Shown piece by piece: positions 31,480 through 41,371 of a stretch of DNA of 64,000 bases (position 1 is its first letter; every line of letters starts with the position of its first letter). The notes beneath the pieces are model-generated. The model did no database searches. It had not been told where the DNA came from and saw nothing but the letters and a program-made list of their open reading frames with translations. Made by a program: the position numbers and the translations under genes. This DNA is from an uncultured delta proteobacterium (GTDB taxonomy: Bacteria > Desulfobacterota > Desulfobacteria > Desulfobacterales > B30-G6). The DNA lies in contig CAWGLD010000009.1 in the NCBI GenBank assembly GCA_963823335.1, positions 1 to 64,000 of the forward strand, given 5' to 3'.

Positions 31480-32595
31480 GAGGGGTCGGGGAGTTTATCC
31501 CAAGACCTCGGTTTTAATTTTCCAAGTTGATCGTTTTTCTTTAAAAGCGTTGAGTTGATGCATTTGGACCGTAAGCCCCATTGCGGCAAATAACCATCGA
31601 TTGTTTGTGGCACCTCGCATCCAACAATGCTCAAGATCAAAGATATCTTTAACAAGTCCTTGCATGGGCTCAACACGGTAAGATCGTTCTTTGTAAATTT
31701 GTTTCAGTTTCGGTTTTTGCAAATGCTGGTGCATGAGAATCCGGTTTTCAGTTTTATTCTCTTTACGTCGACTACTGGTTACCAACGTCATCTTTCTTTG
31801 GTGTCTGAACTCTCTGTAAAGTGGGTAACTATCAGCCTTTGAGTCCATTGACACATAATCGACGAAGGCTTTTAGAGATGCTGTCTCACGCCACATTCGT
31901 TTGGCTTCATTGCCACTGTTGGGCATCCACATGAAGCAGCCCAACGTTGGGTATCGATGGCTGGTTAAAGCAAAACTGCCATGACCATATATCCAGCCGT
32001 CAGCATGAGATGTGCACCAGGTAGCCTCCTCATCGAGGTCACGCAAACGATCGGGCACAATGCCCTTGTCTTTTTGCTTTTTATGCCGGATGGGCCCTTT
32101 GGCCCGGTTCATCATTTTGTCAGCACTGATGACGCGGTCATTGCTCCAGTTCAGGAAACATTTGAAAAATGAACGCTGCTGGCTTTCGAGGGTGATGGCA
32201 GATTTTTTTTAAGCGATCGCGTAGTTGGCGTTCGCTAATCGGCGTTAAGCCAGTATCCTGGGAAATTTCATCCCAGTAGTCCATCACCATCTTGTGTATT
32301 TGTACATAGGTCTTGACTTTGAGTTTAACTGATAACACCGCAATAAACATAATCATCCACTCAGGATATAAAAACTTAGGACCTCGTTCACCGATACGTT
32401 CTGGGTCGGGAAAATCGGTTTCATCGAGAAATTTCCTAAATATTTCGCGGGTTTTCTGTATCCAACGTTTCGATATCCTGCATGGTTTTGCCGTCATGAA
32501 TCGTCTCCTTTGAAAAGTTATTAGAGACTATTCATATATACAAACTTTTAGTAAAAATCTAGACAATTATTTTTAAAAAAACTCCCCGACTGCTG
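31480..32595 (-). mobile_element. 1116-bp IS (DDE, IS4/IS5-superfamily-like)
   Basis: terminal IRs GAGGGGTCGGGGAGTTT / AAACTCCCCGACTGCTG; AAT on both flanks (possible 3-bp TSD). Confidence 0.85.
31495..32497 (-). CDS. DDE transposase split by a frameshift at an A8 run (~32203-32210)
   Basis: ORF1 ends LRDRLKK; the +1 frame continues KKSAITL...VISADKMM...MDSKAD...YKERSYRVEP. Confidence 0.8.
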
Positions 32596-32698
32596 AATTA
32601 CTCTCTATATTTCGAGCTCATATTTTGTTCAAAACAGTTAAGATTAAGAATCAAATGCATAGGGAATACTTTCTTCGGCTTACTTTTAAGGGAGAAGC

Positions 32699-33448
32699 AT
32701 GAATCTACGTGTTCTATCATATAATATCCACCGGGCCATCGGGCTTGACCGCCGTTTCCGTCCGCAACGCATTGCCACGATACTGGAACACCATGATGCC
32801 GATATCGTCCTGCTGCAGGAAGTGGATGTAGGGGTGCCCCGCTCCCGGGGGTTGGACATAGCCCAGGAATTGGCCGACCGTCTCGGGTATCCACATTATG
32901 CGGTGGGGCTTAATGTGAAGCTGCGCGAGGGGATGTACGGGAACGCTACCTTGAGCCGCTATCCCATTGTTAACGAACGGAATATCGATCTAACCATTGA
33001 ATCCGGTAAGGCCCGGGGTTGTTTGTATACCGATATCGTCCTGCCGGCAAAAAATATGGGGCATGCGGAAATCGCGGTCTTTAATCTTCATCTTGGGTTG
33101 TCTTTTAAGGAAAGGCCTCGCCAAATCGGCATGCTGGTGCGCTCTGACGAGTTCCGTGCCCTTGGCTTGCAGGATTTATGCCTGGTAGGTGGTGACCTGA
33201 ATGACTGGCAGACGCGCCTGGCGCCCATCTTTACCGAGATATTGGAATTTGAATGCGCCACCAACCATGGCTGGGGGTATCAGAAAGCCTTTCTTACCTA
33301 TCCTTCCTTTTCACCAAGAGGCGGCTTGGATAAAATATTCTGCAGGGGCGTGTTGGAAATCGTGGGTGGTCGGCGATGTCGTCTGCGGGTCTCCAAAGTT
33401 GCCAGCGATCATCTACCGGTTATTGCCGATATTAAGGTGAAAATGTAA
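32699..33448 (+). CDS. endonuclease/exonuclease/phosphatase family protein (YbhP-like)
   Basis: SYNIH, LQEVD, GNATLSR, HLGL, GDLND, SDHLP. Confidence 0.92.
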   Translation: MNLRVLSYNIHRAIGLDRRFRPQRIATILEHHDADIVLLQEVDVGVPRSRGLDIAQELADRLGYPHYAVGLNVKLREGMYGNATLSRYPIVNERNIDLTIESGKARGCLYTDIVLPAKNMGHAEIAVFNLHLGLSFKERPRQIGMLVRSDEFRALGLQDLCLVGGDLNDWQTRLAPIFTEILEFECATNHGWGYQKAFLTYPSFSPRGGLDKIFCRGVLEIVGGRRCRLRVSKVASDHLPVIADIKVKM

Positions 33449-33592
33449 GCCTTCCTGGCAAAAAAAGCCCAGTTGCCATGCGGTTGGGTCTTTTATCAAA
33501 AAAGATCGCGGTTAAAATGAGAAACAGGTTTTTTCGATTGTTCTCACCGTATCTCTAAAACTTCCTTCTCCCACCCCTGGGAGAGGATTTCC

Positions 33593-33628
33593 GGGCCGCC
33601 CCTAAAATTATAACTTAAGGGGCGGCCC
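33593..33628. other. GC-rich inverted repeat (11-bp arms)
   Basis: GGGCCGCCCCT-AAAATTATAACTTA-AGGGGCGGCCC. Confidence 0.6.
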
Positions 33629-33839
33629 CATTATGCCATCAAATGATTCCAACAACAATAACAGCCGATTGTCGGAATCTTGCTTGAAATTTTCCTTTAA
33701 ACTGCACTACTATTAAAAATGGTAAGTATGGTTCAATTCTGAATCTTATTGATTTCTATAGACTAATCTTTGGTCTGCTTGCATCCTTCAATATTTCAGT
33801 ATTATGATTGTAGTGTTAATGATTAAGGGAAACCGTGCT

Positions 33840-35012
33840 GTGACTCGAATGATCCCAAACAATCAGATTACCCTTTTGCAAAACGGTGAAGCATATTTTC
33901 CAGCAATGGAAGCAGCGCTGGACCGGGCGATGCATGAAATTTACCTGGAAAGCTATATTTTCGAAAATGACAATACCGGAAAGCGTGTTGTGGAAGCGAT
34001 TAGACAGGCGGCTTTTCGCGGCGTAAAAACCCACATGCTGATCGATGGCTTCGGATCGAATCGTTTTCCGAAAACCATGATCGATTACCTTGAAGCGGCC
34101 GGCGTAATGGTGCTGAAGTTCCGGCCCAAGATATCACCTTGGACGCTACGACGCCGGCGCTTGCGCCGCTTGCACCGGAAAATCGTGGTCGTGGACCAGG
34201 AGATTGCCTTTGTCGGGGGCATTAATATTAATGATGATATGGATAGGCCGGATCAGACATCGCCTCGTTATGACTATGCGGTAAGTGTGGAAGGGCCTCT
34301 GGTGGCGGAAATTAATCGTTCTGCCCGCAGGATGTGGTCGCGAGTGGCGTCGACCCGATGGCGATCCGGCTTAGTTTTGGGAAAAGAGAGACACGTGCTT
34401 TCCATCAAACCCAAGGGCAATATGCGTGCTGCTTTTTTGCTGAGGGATAACATCCGCCATCGACGCGATATCGAAGATGCCTATCTTCAGGCGATGGATC
34501 AGGCACAATTCGAAATCATTCTTGCAAGCGCCTATTTTTTCCCCGGGTTCAATTTTCGTCGTGTTCTTTTAGCTGCTTCCGGGCGCGGTGTCCGGGTGGT
34601 TTTACTGTTGCAGGGAAAGATGGATCACCCATTACTTCATTATGCCTCACATGCCCTATTTGGCAATTTCCTCGATGCAGGGATTGAGATCTATGAATAC
34701 AGCAAGAGCCTCCTGCACGCCAAAGTTGCAGTGATCGATGAACATTGGGCCACGGTGGGATCCTCAAACCTTGACCCTTTCAGTCTGCTGCTTTCTCTTG
34801 AGGCAAATGTCATTATTGACGATGCAAATTTTGCAAAAAAATTGAAATACAGCTTGGAGCAGGCCGTCAAGATGGGAGCTCGACAGGTATTTAAAAACAA
34901 CTGGAGAGCGCAGACAAAAAGGCTGCGGCTGGCGAGTTGGCTTTGTTACGGTTTGGTGCGATTTTTGATAGGAATTGCGGGATATGCCAAGGAAAAAAAC
35001 CGGGTCAAGTAA
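33840..35012 (+). CDS. clsB: cardiolipin synthase ClsB-like
   Basis: two HKD motifs (HRKIVVVD, HAKVAVID); follows a YbhP-like gene; start uncertain (33804-33849). Confidence 0.88.
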   Translation: MTRMIPNNQITLLQNGEAYFPAMEAALDRAMHEIYLESYIFENDNTGKRVVEAIRQAAFRGVKTHMLIDGFGSNRFPKTMIDYLEAAGVMVLKFRPKISPWTLRRRRLRRLHRKIVVVDQEIAFVGGININDDMDRPDQTSPRYDYAVSVEGPLVAEINRSARRMWSRVASTRWRSGLVLGKERHVLSIKPKGNMRAAFLLRDNIRHRRDIEDAYLQAMDQAQFEIILASAYFFPGFNFRRVLLAASGRGVRVVLLLQGKMDHPLLHYASHALFGNFLDAGIEIYEYSKSLLHAKVAVIDEHWATVGSSNLDPFSLLLSLEANVIIDDANFAKKLKYSLEQAVKMGARQVFKNNWRAQTKRLRLASWLCYGLVRFLIGIAGYAKEKNRVK

Positions 35013-35190
35013 AGCCGATCAAGAACGAAGCTTGAAAGCCAGGCGCGATAGCGGCTACCGAAGATAAGCATCAGCTTCACACCATGATGTAGTGCGCATT
35101 GACTTGGAGCTAAAATCTGCGATTACTTCTTGAGATCAAAAGCAAAATAGTGACCTGATTTCCGTTGATCCCTCCAACAAAAAAAAGAAA

Positions 35191-35511
35191 ATGACATTTA
35201 CTATTCGGTCAGAATGCGCGAATAGCGGCAGACAGATAGAGATTGCACTTGACAGCGAACTGAATATTACAAATGTGACTGATGGTTCCGATCCTATGTT
35301 CTGCTTACCATTAGTGTCTCTTGCAAAAACAAAGAGACCAAGCATTGTGGACGTATTCTGACGGAAGTCATTGCTCTTCTGGTCAGAAGAAGATGTAAGA
35401 GAATATAAAAAGAGGGCGCTTGATCTTAGAATATATATGAACCTGAGTAAAAGAGCTCTTGCAGGTGTCAAAAGAATGCAGACATCGATTTTCGGTTTTG
35501 ATGAAACATAA
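35191..35511 (+). pseudogene. C-terminal half of a MerB-like putative selenoprotein (in-frame TGA at 35359)
   Basis: MTFTIRSECANSGRQIEIALD...SIVDVF-U-RKSLLFWSEED; TCTTCT-GGTC-AGAAGA hairpin with loop 19 nt after the TGA. Confidence 0.72.
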
Positions 35512-35544
35512 ATTAAGAATTTTGTTGAAGGGTTATAGCACATA

Positions 35545-35973
35545 ATGAATATATCTGAGACTTTGATAAAGGTCAGAAATTATCACGCGGACAATCACAA
35601 CCATGTGAACAATGCACGGTATCTTGAATTTTTTGAAGAAGGTTCTTGGGATTTTCTGGAAAAATACCCGCATGTTGGAGAGATGTTCACATCACTCATA
35701 AAAAGAGGGATCATTCATGTTGCAGTGAATATTAACTGTAACTACAGAAGCAGCGCTATTGTAGGTGATGTTCTACGAATTGAAACTGCATTGGCGCGGA
35801 CTTCTAACAAAAGTTATACCTGGTCAAAGAAAGTATATAAGAATAATACGAATAAATTAGTGGTGGATGCTGAGATTACTTGTGTTTTTATCGATTCTGA
35901 TTCTGGCGAAGTCATTCCGATCAGTGAAGAAATGAAAGCTGTATGGCCCGAACTTGCAGAGCTGAAGATTTAA
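35545..35973 (+). CDS. acyl-CoA thioesterase (YbgC/4HBT family)
   Basis: HADNHNHVNNARYLEFFEE. Confidence 0.9.
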   Translation: MNISETLIKVRNYHADNHNHVNNARYLEFFEEGSWDFLEKYPHVGEMFTSLIKRGIIHVAVNINCNYRSSAIVGDVLRIETALARTSNKSYTWSKKVYKNNTNKLVVDAEITCVFIDSDSGEVIPISEEMKAVWPELAELKI

Positions 35974-36079
35974 TGGAATTAGGTGGCTATTGAAGGATGG
36001 GCGTTCAAAGAAAAGGCATAACCTTTCACTGATGCTGATGGCGTGTTGCCGCCGCACAGTTCCGACACCGTTGATATCT

Positions 36080-36159
36080 GGTACCTTTCCTGTAGATAGA
36101 TTTTGGGGAGGCGAGCGAGCCCGAAGGGTATAGCTCGCGGAGCCTCCGCAAAGCTATCT
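36080..36159. repeat. 80-bp palindromic (REP/MITE-like) insert
   Basis: AGATAG..TTTGGGGAGGC..GCGAGC-loop-GCTCGC..GCCTCCGCAAA..CTATCT; TATCT at both junctions. Confidence 0.6.
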
Positions 36160-36218
36160 CCAACAAAACGGTAGATATCAGACCCCTAAAATATTACCGA
36201 TGTGCGAAAATAATCACA
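36158..36218 (+). repeat. family A element, left half only, adjacent to the recombinase 3' end
   Basis: CTCCAACAAAACGGTAGATATCAGACCCCTAAAATATTACCGATGTGCGAAAATAATCACA, then diverges. Confidence 0.88.
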
Positions 36219-36223
36219 GTTTG

Positions 36224-36258
36224 AAGGGTGGTTCCGGGCAAAGGGAGCCACCCTTTTT
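36224..36258. terminator. hairpin downstream of the recombinase gene
   Basis: AAGGGTGGTTCC...GGAGCCACCCTTTTT. Confidence 0.55.
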
Positions 36259-36263
36259 CCCTT

Positions 36264-36749
36264 TTAGCTGTAGATGGTTTCAATCCATTTCAGCGCCTCG
36301 GTATCGCTGATCCTGCCCAAATATATCTGAGTGGTCGACAGGTTTGAATGCCGGAGAATGATCTTACTCACAATTTCAAGCGGCACTCCTGAACGGGAGG
36401 CAAATGTTGCAGCATGGCGTCGCAAATCATGAGGTCGCAGATGGATGCCAACCAACTTACCAGCTTTTGCCACAATCGAACGGGCAGTCTCATAACAGAT
36501 CGGAAATATACTTTCCTGTAATCCGATTTTCTGAGTTTCGACATATTCCCTAAGGCGATCAGCCACCTTTTGGGGAATAAATATCATTTCACACTCACGA
36601 CCGCTTTTCGGTTCCCTTAACAATATTTTCCTTTCAGAAATATCATTGGGTACGATTTTCAACACCTCACCTATTCGTATAGCACAACGAGCCATGAGTT
36701 CGAGCATCAAACGGTTCCTGGGATGAACTGTCCGAAAAACTATTGACAT
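36264..36749 (-). pseudogene. tyrosine recombinase, catalytic domain only (N-terminus missing)
   Basis: IRIGE (R), PKSG (K), HDLRR (HxxR), LRH, TTQIY (Y); no IntI-specific insertion; only 161 aa. Confidence 0.9.
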
Positions 36750-36872
36750 AACTGGTTGTTATGCTAGTCGGGATACTGACAAGATACACTAACTGTTATT
36801 CATTCTAAATAAAAGAAAACGGGAAGGCTTAAAAACCACCTCCCCGTTAAATACTAAAGGGCTAAAAAAGGG

Positions 36873-37136
36873 TTACTTGCTCTTCGCTGCCGGTTTCTTT
36901 GCCGCCGGTTTCTTCGCCGCCGGTTTCTTTGCTACCGGTTTCTTCGCCGCTGTTTTCTTTGCAGCCGGTTTCTTTGCAGCCGGTTTCTTTACTGCTGTTT
37001 TCTTCACTGCTGTTTTCTTCACTGCTGTTTTCTTTGCAGCCGGTTTCTTTGCTACCGGTTTCTTCGCTGCTGTTTTCTTTGCTGCCGGTTTCTTTGCTGC
37101 TGTTTTTTTTGCCGCCGGTTTTTTTGCTGCTGCCAT
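36873..37136 (-). CDS. histone H1-like Lys/Ala-rich DNA-binding protein
   Basis: almost entirely (A/V)KK(P/T)A pentapeptides; GGGAGGG RBS; varied codons. Confidence 0.82.
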   Translation of the reverse strand: MAAAKKPAAKKTAAKKPAAKKTAAKKPVAKKPAAKKTAVKKTAVKKTAVKKPAAKKPAAKKTAAKKPVAKKPAAKKPAAKKPAAKSK

Positions 37137-37505
37137 GGAACCCTCCCTAAATGTTTAAATTGTTAGGATCATCACATAGCCCTTTAGCTTAGAAAATAAT
37201 ATTAGCATGAACAATGCATTTTGTATTAAAATTTAGATATGCTACTATATATAGTATGTCAAGCTTATTGATTGATGGATTTTTAAATTAATTAGCAAGA
37301 TAGATGCTGCTCCGCTTGGGAAAAATGAACATCACTATCAAACTGATGCTCCCCTTCTAATTAATATACCTAACAGCCTGAAGCTTTAAAAACTCATAAC
37401 TTGCTATGCACATTAACAACCTTGTGTTATCATAGAGTCCTAAAGAATATTGCTCTAACAGAATAATAATTAAAAAAATTGAAACTCAATAGAAAGGAGA
37501 AAGCT

Positions 37506-37775
37506 ATGAACAAAGGAGATTTAATCAACGAAGTTTCAAAAGTCCTAAAAACCAAAAAGGATGCTCAGGCAGCCGTGGACTGTGTTATTTCAAGCATTAC
37601 CAAGGCATTGGAGAATGGAGACTCTGTATCATTGATTGGATTCGGCACATTTAAAGTGGCTGATAGGAAGGCGCGTCAAGGCAGAAATCCCCAGACAGGG
37701 GAAGAAATATATATTGCAGCAAGTAAGGTGCCTAAGTTTGTTGCAGGAAAGGTATTGAAGGATGCTGTGAAATAG
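37506..37775 (+). CDS. hup: HU family DNA-binding protein
   Basis: [40 protein letters not shown]. Confidence 0.95.
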   Translation: MNKGDLINEVSKVLKTKKDAQAAVDCVISSITKALENGDSVSLIGFGTFKVADRKARQGRNPQTGEEIYIAASKVPKFVAGKVLKDAVK

Positions 37776-37802
37776 TTGTTCGTTTGTTGGTATGTTACAA
37801 GT

Positions 37803-37831
37803 GCAGGGTCAGCGATGGCCCTGCTTTTTTG
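37803..37831 (+). terminator. intrinsic terminator after HU
   Basis: GCAGGGTCA-GCGA-TGGCCCTGC-TTTTTT. Confidence 0.8.
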
Positions 37832-37849
37832 ATACTGTATTGCCGATGC

Positions 37850-38020
37850 CTCTAACAAAAACAAAGATATCATACCCCTGAAAAATCACCGGTGTGCAAA
37901 TATTATCGCAACCGGCGTAATCTTGTATTCATAGGGACTCCCGTGGTACGCTGGGCATAACCAGATTGTATCGGCAATAATTTGGTTGAGCTTGATAACT
38001 GGACATCTCTCCATGCATCA
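37850..38020 (+). repeat. family A element, copy 3
   Basis: full match including CACCGGTGTGCAAATATTATCGCA, TTGTAT-N18-TACGCT and CCAG...TTGATAACTGG...CTCCAT. Confidence 0.88.
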
Positions 38021-38250
38021 GTAATCAGCTGATATTTGGTTTTTAGAATTGATATCACATGCAACAATCTTGCAAATAACGAATCCCTTGACCCTTTCTC
38101 CCAAATCAGGTACTTATTTTATAGTCGCTTAAATCACACCTGACCTGATACTGATTTCCAAACTTGATCCTGAGCTGATCTCATTCTCGACCTGTCTGTA
38201 CATTTCCAAGACGTATCATCTTCTTCAACCCCCAACCAGAAGGTGATCTA

Positions 38251-41200
38251 ATGCCCACAGACCAAGATAAAACCATTCGCAAACTCAGAGCCATCCTTAG
38301 TGCAGATGTCAAAGGTTATTCCCTCCTAATGGCAAACGATGAAGCCTTCACGATAAAGACTCTCAAAGAGTATCGGAAGATCATGTCCGACTTGATCAAG
38401 CAGTATAGCGGTCGTGTTGTGGACTCTCCTGGCGATAATGTTCTGGCTGAATTTTCCAGTGTTGTTGATGCGGTGACATGTGCAACTGATGTACAGAAGG
38501 TTCTCAAGGTGAAGAATGAAGGGCTTCCTGATGATAAAAAGTTGGAATTTCGTATCGGAGTCAACATAGGTGATGTTGTTCAGGATGGAGATCGTATTTA
38601 TGGCAATGGCGTAAATGTCGCTGCCCGTATAGAAGGTCTTGCTGAACCTGGTGGAGTAAGTATTTCACGTAATGCCTATGACCACATCCGGGACAAGTTG
38701 GAGTTAGGCTATGAGTATCTTGGTGAACATAGTGTAAAAAACATTAAACATCCTGTCAGGGTGTACAAGATACTAATGGACCCAGAAGACGCCGGCAAAT
38801 TAATTGGTGATGTACCTAAACTCGTGGTCAAGAATTGGATCTGGGTGACCATTGTTTTGGCTGCGGTGGTTATTGCGGTAGTTGGTACGATGGTTTATCA
38901 GAACGTGACTGAGCCGGAATTTGAACCTGCAAAAATTGAAGAGATGGCATACGCACTACCAGATAAGCCCTCGATAGCTGTCTTGCCCTTTGACAATATG
39001 AGCGGCAACCCGGAACAGGAATATTTCGGTGACGGCATTACCGAAGATATCATCACCGCTCTTTCCAAAATCGATGACCTCTTTGTAATTGCACGCAACT
39101 CGACGTTTACCTATAAGGGCAAGCCGGTCAAGATTAAGCAGGTGGCAGAGGAACTGGGCGTACGCTATGTGCTCGAAGGAAGTGTCCGAAGATCGGAAGA
39201 TCGGATAAGAATTAACGCTCAGTTGATCGATGCGGTAGAGGGAAATCACCTATGGGCGGAACGCTACGATCGTAGTCTGAAAGACATCTTCACTTTGCAG
39301 GATGAGATCACTATGAAGATCGTTACCGGATTACGAATAGAGCTTACTGAGGGTGAACAGGCTCGCATGTTTGGTGCGCGGAGCACAAATCTTGATGTAC
39401 AGTTAAAAGTTATGGAGGGCCTTTCGCTTTGGCGAAAAGGCACCAAAGAAGGTCTAATAAGGTATGGCCAGATCGGAAAGGAAATCGTCGATATGGCGCC
39501 CGAAGCTCCGTTTGGTTACATCGCCTTGACTGTGTATAACTGGACCCTTGCAATGCTTGGTGAATCACCCGAGGAGTCCATTTCAAAGGCCTTCAAAAAT
39601 GCGAAAAAGGCTCTCTCCCTGGATGAATCTTTCGCCTTGCCTCATGCCATATTAGGCAATGTCTACATTTTGATGCGAAAGTATGAAGAGGCAATTGCCG
39701 CGGGGGAACGAGCTGTAGAACTTGAACCAAATGGCGCTGATGTGCATGTGCTTTTGGGCAGCACGCTCGGTTACGCCGGAAGGCTGGACGAAGCCATTGA
39801 GCATCTTAACCAAGGGATCCGTCTCAACCCTTTTCCCCCTTCGTGGTACTTCATTCAATTAGGCCGTTGCTTTAGGCAGAAAGGAATGTACGAGGAAGCG
39901 CTGACAGCATATGAGAAAGCTGTTCAACGTAGTCCAGAAGATATCCATAACCATATATCATTAGCTGCTGTTTATGCTATATTAGACCGAAACGACGAGG
40001 CTGAGGCGGCGGCTAAAAAGGTCTTAGAGATAAATCCCAATTTTTATATTAAAATAGCTACAAAAGCCTGGCCATATAAAAATCCAGCCGATTTGAAACT
40101 TTTTATCGATGCCTTGCGTAAAGCTGGCCTTCCTTACGAACCATCAATCCCACTATCCGATAAACCCTCCATCGCAGTCCTGCCGTTTGACAATCTCAGC
40201 GATGACCCAGAGCAGGAGTATTTCAGTGATGGGATCTCTGTGGAAATTATCAACGGTCTCGTTAGGTGGCCTTCGATAGTAATCATACCTAAAAGTTCAA
40301 GTTTCATTTATAAGGGCAAAACCGTGGACGTGCAGGAAGTGGGACGAGAGATGGGTGTGAGGTACGTCCTGGAAGGAAGCGTCCGTCGTGAGGGGAACAG
40401 GGTTCGTGTCACCGTCCAACTCGTCGACGTTACCACCCTAAAGCACCTCTTCTCCGAACGTTACGATCGTGAAATGAAGGATATCTTTGCTATCCAAGAT
40501 GAAATCACTATGGGTGTCTTAACTGCCATGCGAGTATCGCTTTCCGGCACAGGAGTTCCATCACATCGGGGCATGCCTACAAAAAGCATTGAGGCCTACC
40601 TGAAATTATTACAGGCAGAGGATATATTTCTATCCATGAATCGAGATGCCCAAGCCCGGGCAAGGCAATTGGCTGAAGACGCCATTGCCCTGGATTCTGA
40701 ATATTCACGGGCACACGCCTTGATGGCGGCCACTATTGGAAATGAGGTTCTACTTGGCGTTTATAACAACTCTCAAGAAGCCTTACAACGGGCCATAGAA
40801 CTTGCCGATAAGGCAATCCAGTTAGATGATTCCGAAAACATGGCGCATAGAGTTCGTGGGTTCTTGGCTTTGCAAAACAAGGACTACGATAAAGCCATTG
40901 CCGGAGCCAGGCGAGCTGTCGAACTGGCACCTAATTCCGCCATTGCCCAGGTTATCCTTGGTTATTTTCTTTACAGCGCCGGTAGAACAGAGGAAGCCAT
41001 TCCGATTCTTGAAAATGCCATGGCGCTCAACCCAATTCCTTCTCCTCGCGCACTTAGTCACTTGGGAATAGCCTATCGAAAGGCACGGCGATATGAAGAA
41101 GCGGTTGAGGTTTGCAAAAAACTGATTCAAATCCAGCCGAATTACATTTACCCTCACCTTACACTTGCCGCCACGTTTGTGGAGATTGATAAAATGGATG

Positions 41201-41343
41201 AAGCCCATACGGAGATCAAAGAAGTCTTGAGAATCAACCCAAATTATTCTGTTAAACTTATCCCAAGGTCTTTCCCTTGGAAGGAGCAGAATGAGTTGGA
41301 TCGATTGGCCGATTCCTTGAGCAAGGCAGGTCTCCCCGACTGA
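38251..41343 (+). CDS. class III nucleotidyl cyclase + TM + two TolB-N/TPR modules
   Basis: paralogue of 16016 with a nearly identical 5' leader and start. Confidence 0.93.
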   Translation: MPTDQDKTIRKLRAILSADVKGYSLLMANDEAFTIKTLKEYRKIMSDLIKQYSGRVVDSPGDNVLAEFSSVVDAVTCATDVQKVLKVKNEGLPDDKKLEFRIGVNIGDVVQDGDRIYGNGVNVAARIEGLAEPGGVSISRNAYDHIRDKLELGYEYLGEHSVKNIKHPVRVYKILMDPEDAGKLIGDVPKLVVKNWIWVTIVLAAVVIAVVGTMVYQNVTEPEFEPAKIEEMAYALPDKPSIAVLPFDNMSGNPEQEYFGDGITEDIITALSKIDDLFVIARNSTFTYKGKPVKIKQVAEELGVRYVLEGSVRRSEDRIRINAQLIDAVEGNHLWAERYDRSLKDIFTLQDEITMKIVTGLRIELTEGEQARMFGARSTNLDVQLKVMEGLSLWRKGTKEGLIRYGQIGKEIVDMAPEAPFGYIALTVYNWTLAMLGESPEESISKAFKNAKKALSLDESFALPHAILGNVYILMRKYEEAIAAGERAVELEPNGADVHVLLGSTLGYAGRLDEAIEHLNQGIRLNPFPPSWYFIQLGRCFRQKGMYEEALTAYEKAVQRSPEDIHNHISLAAVYAILDRNDEAEAAAKKVLEINPNFYIKIATKAWPYKNPADLKLFIDALRKAGLPYEPSIPLSDKPSIAVLPFDNLSDDPEQEYFSDGISVEIINGLVRWPSIVIIPKSSSFIYKGKTVDVQEVGREMGVRYVLEGSVRREGNRVRVTVQLVDVTTLKHLFSERYDREMKDIFAIQDEITMGVLTAMRVSLSGTGVPSHRGMPTKSIEAYLKLLQAEDIFLSMNRDAQARARQLAEDAIALDSEYSRAHALMAATIGNEVLLGVYNNSQEALQRAIELADKAIQLDDSENMAHRVRGFLALQNKDYDKAIAGARRAVELAPNSAIAQVILGYFLYSAGRTEEAIPILENAMALNPIPSPRALSHLGIAYRKARRYEEAVEVCKKLIQIQPNYIYPHLTLAATFVEIDKMDEAHTEIKEVLRINPNYSVKLIPRSFPWKEQNELDRLADSLSKAGLPD

Positions 41344-41371
41344 CCTTTCCACCATGCTTGAACGGTGATAC

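Noticed and set aside
35136-35543. 135-aa minus-strand ORF
   Set aside because: Antisense to the MerB-like remnant; no recognisable features.
36877-37158. FFAAG-repeat and PVSL-repeat ORFs on +
   Set aside because: Antisense shadows of the H1-like gene.
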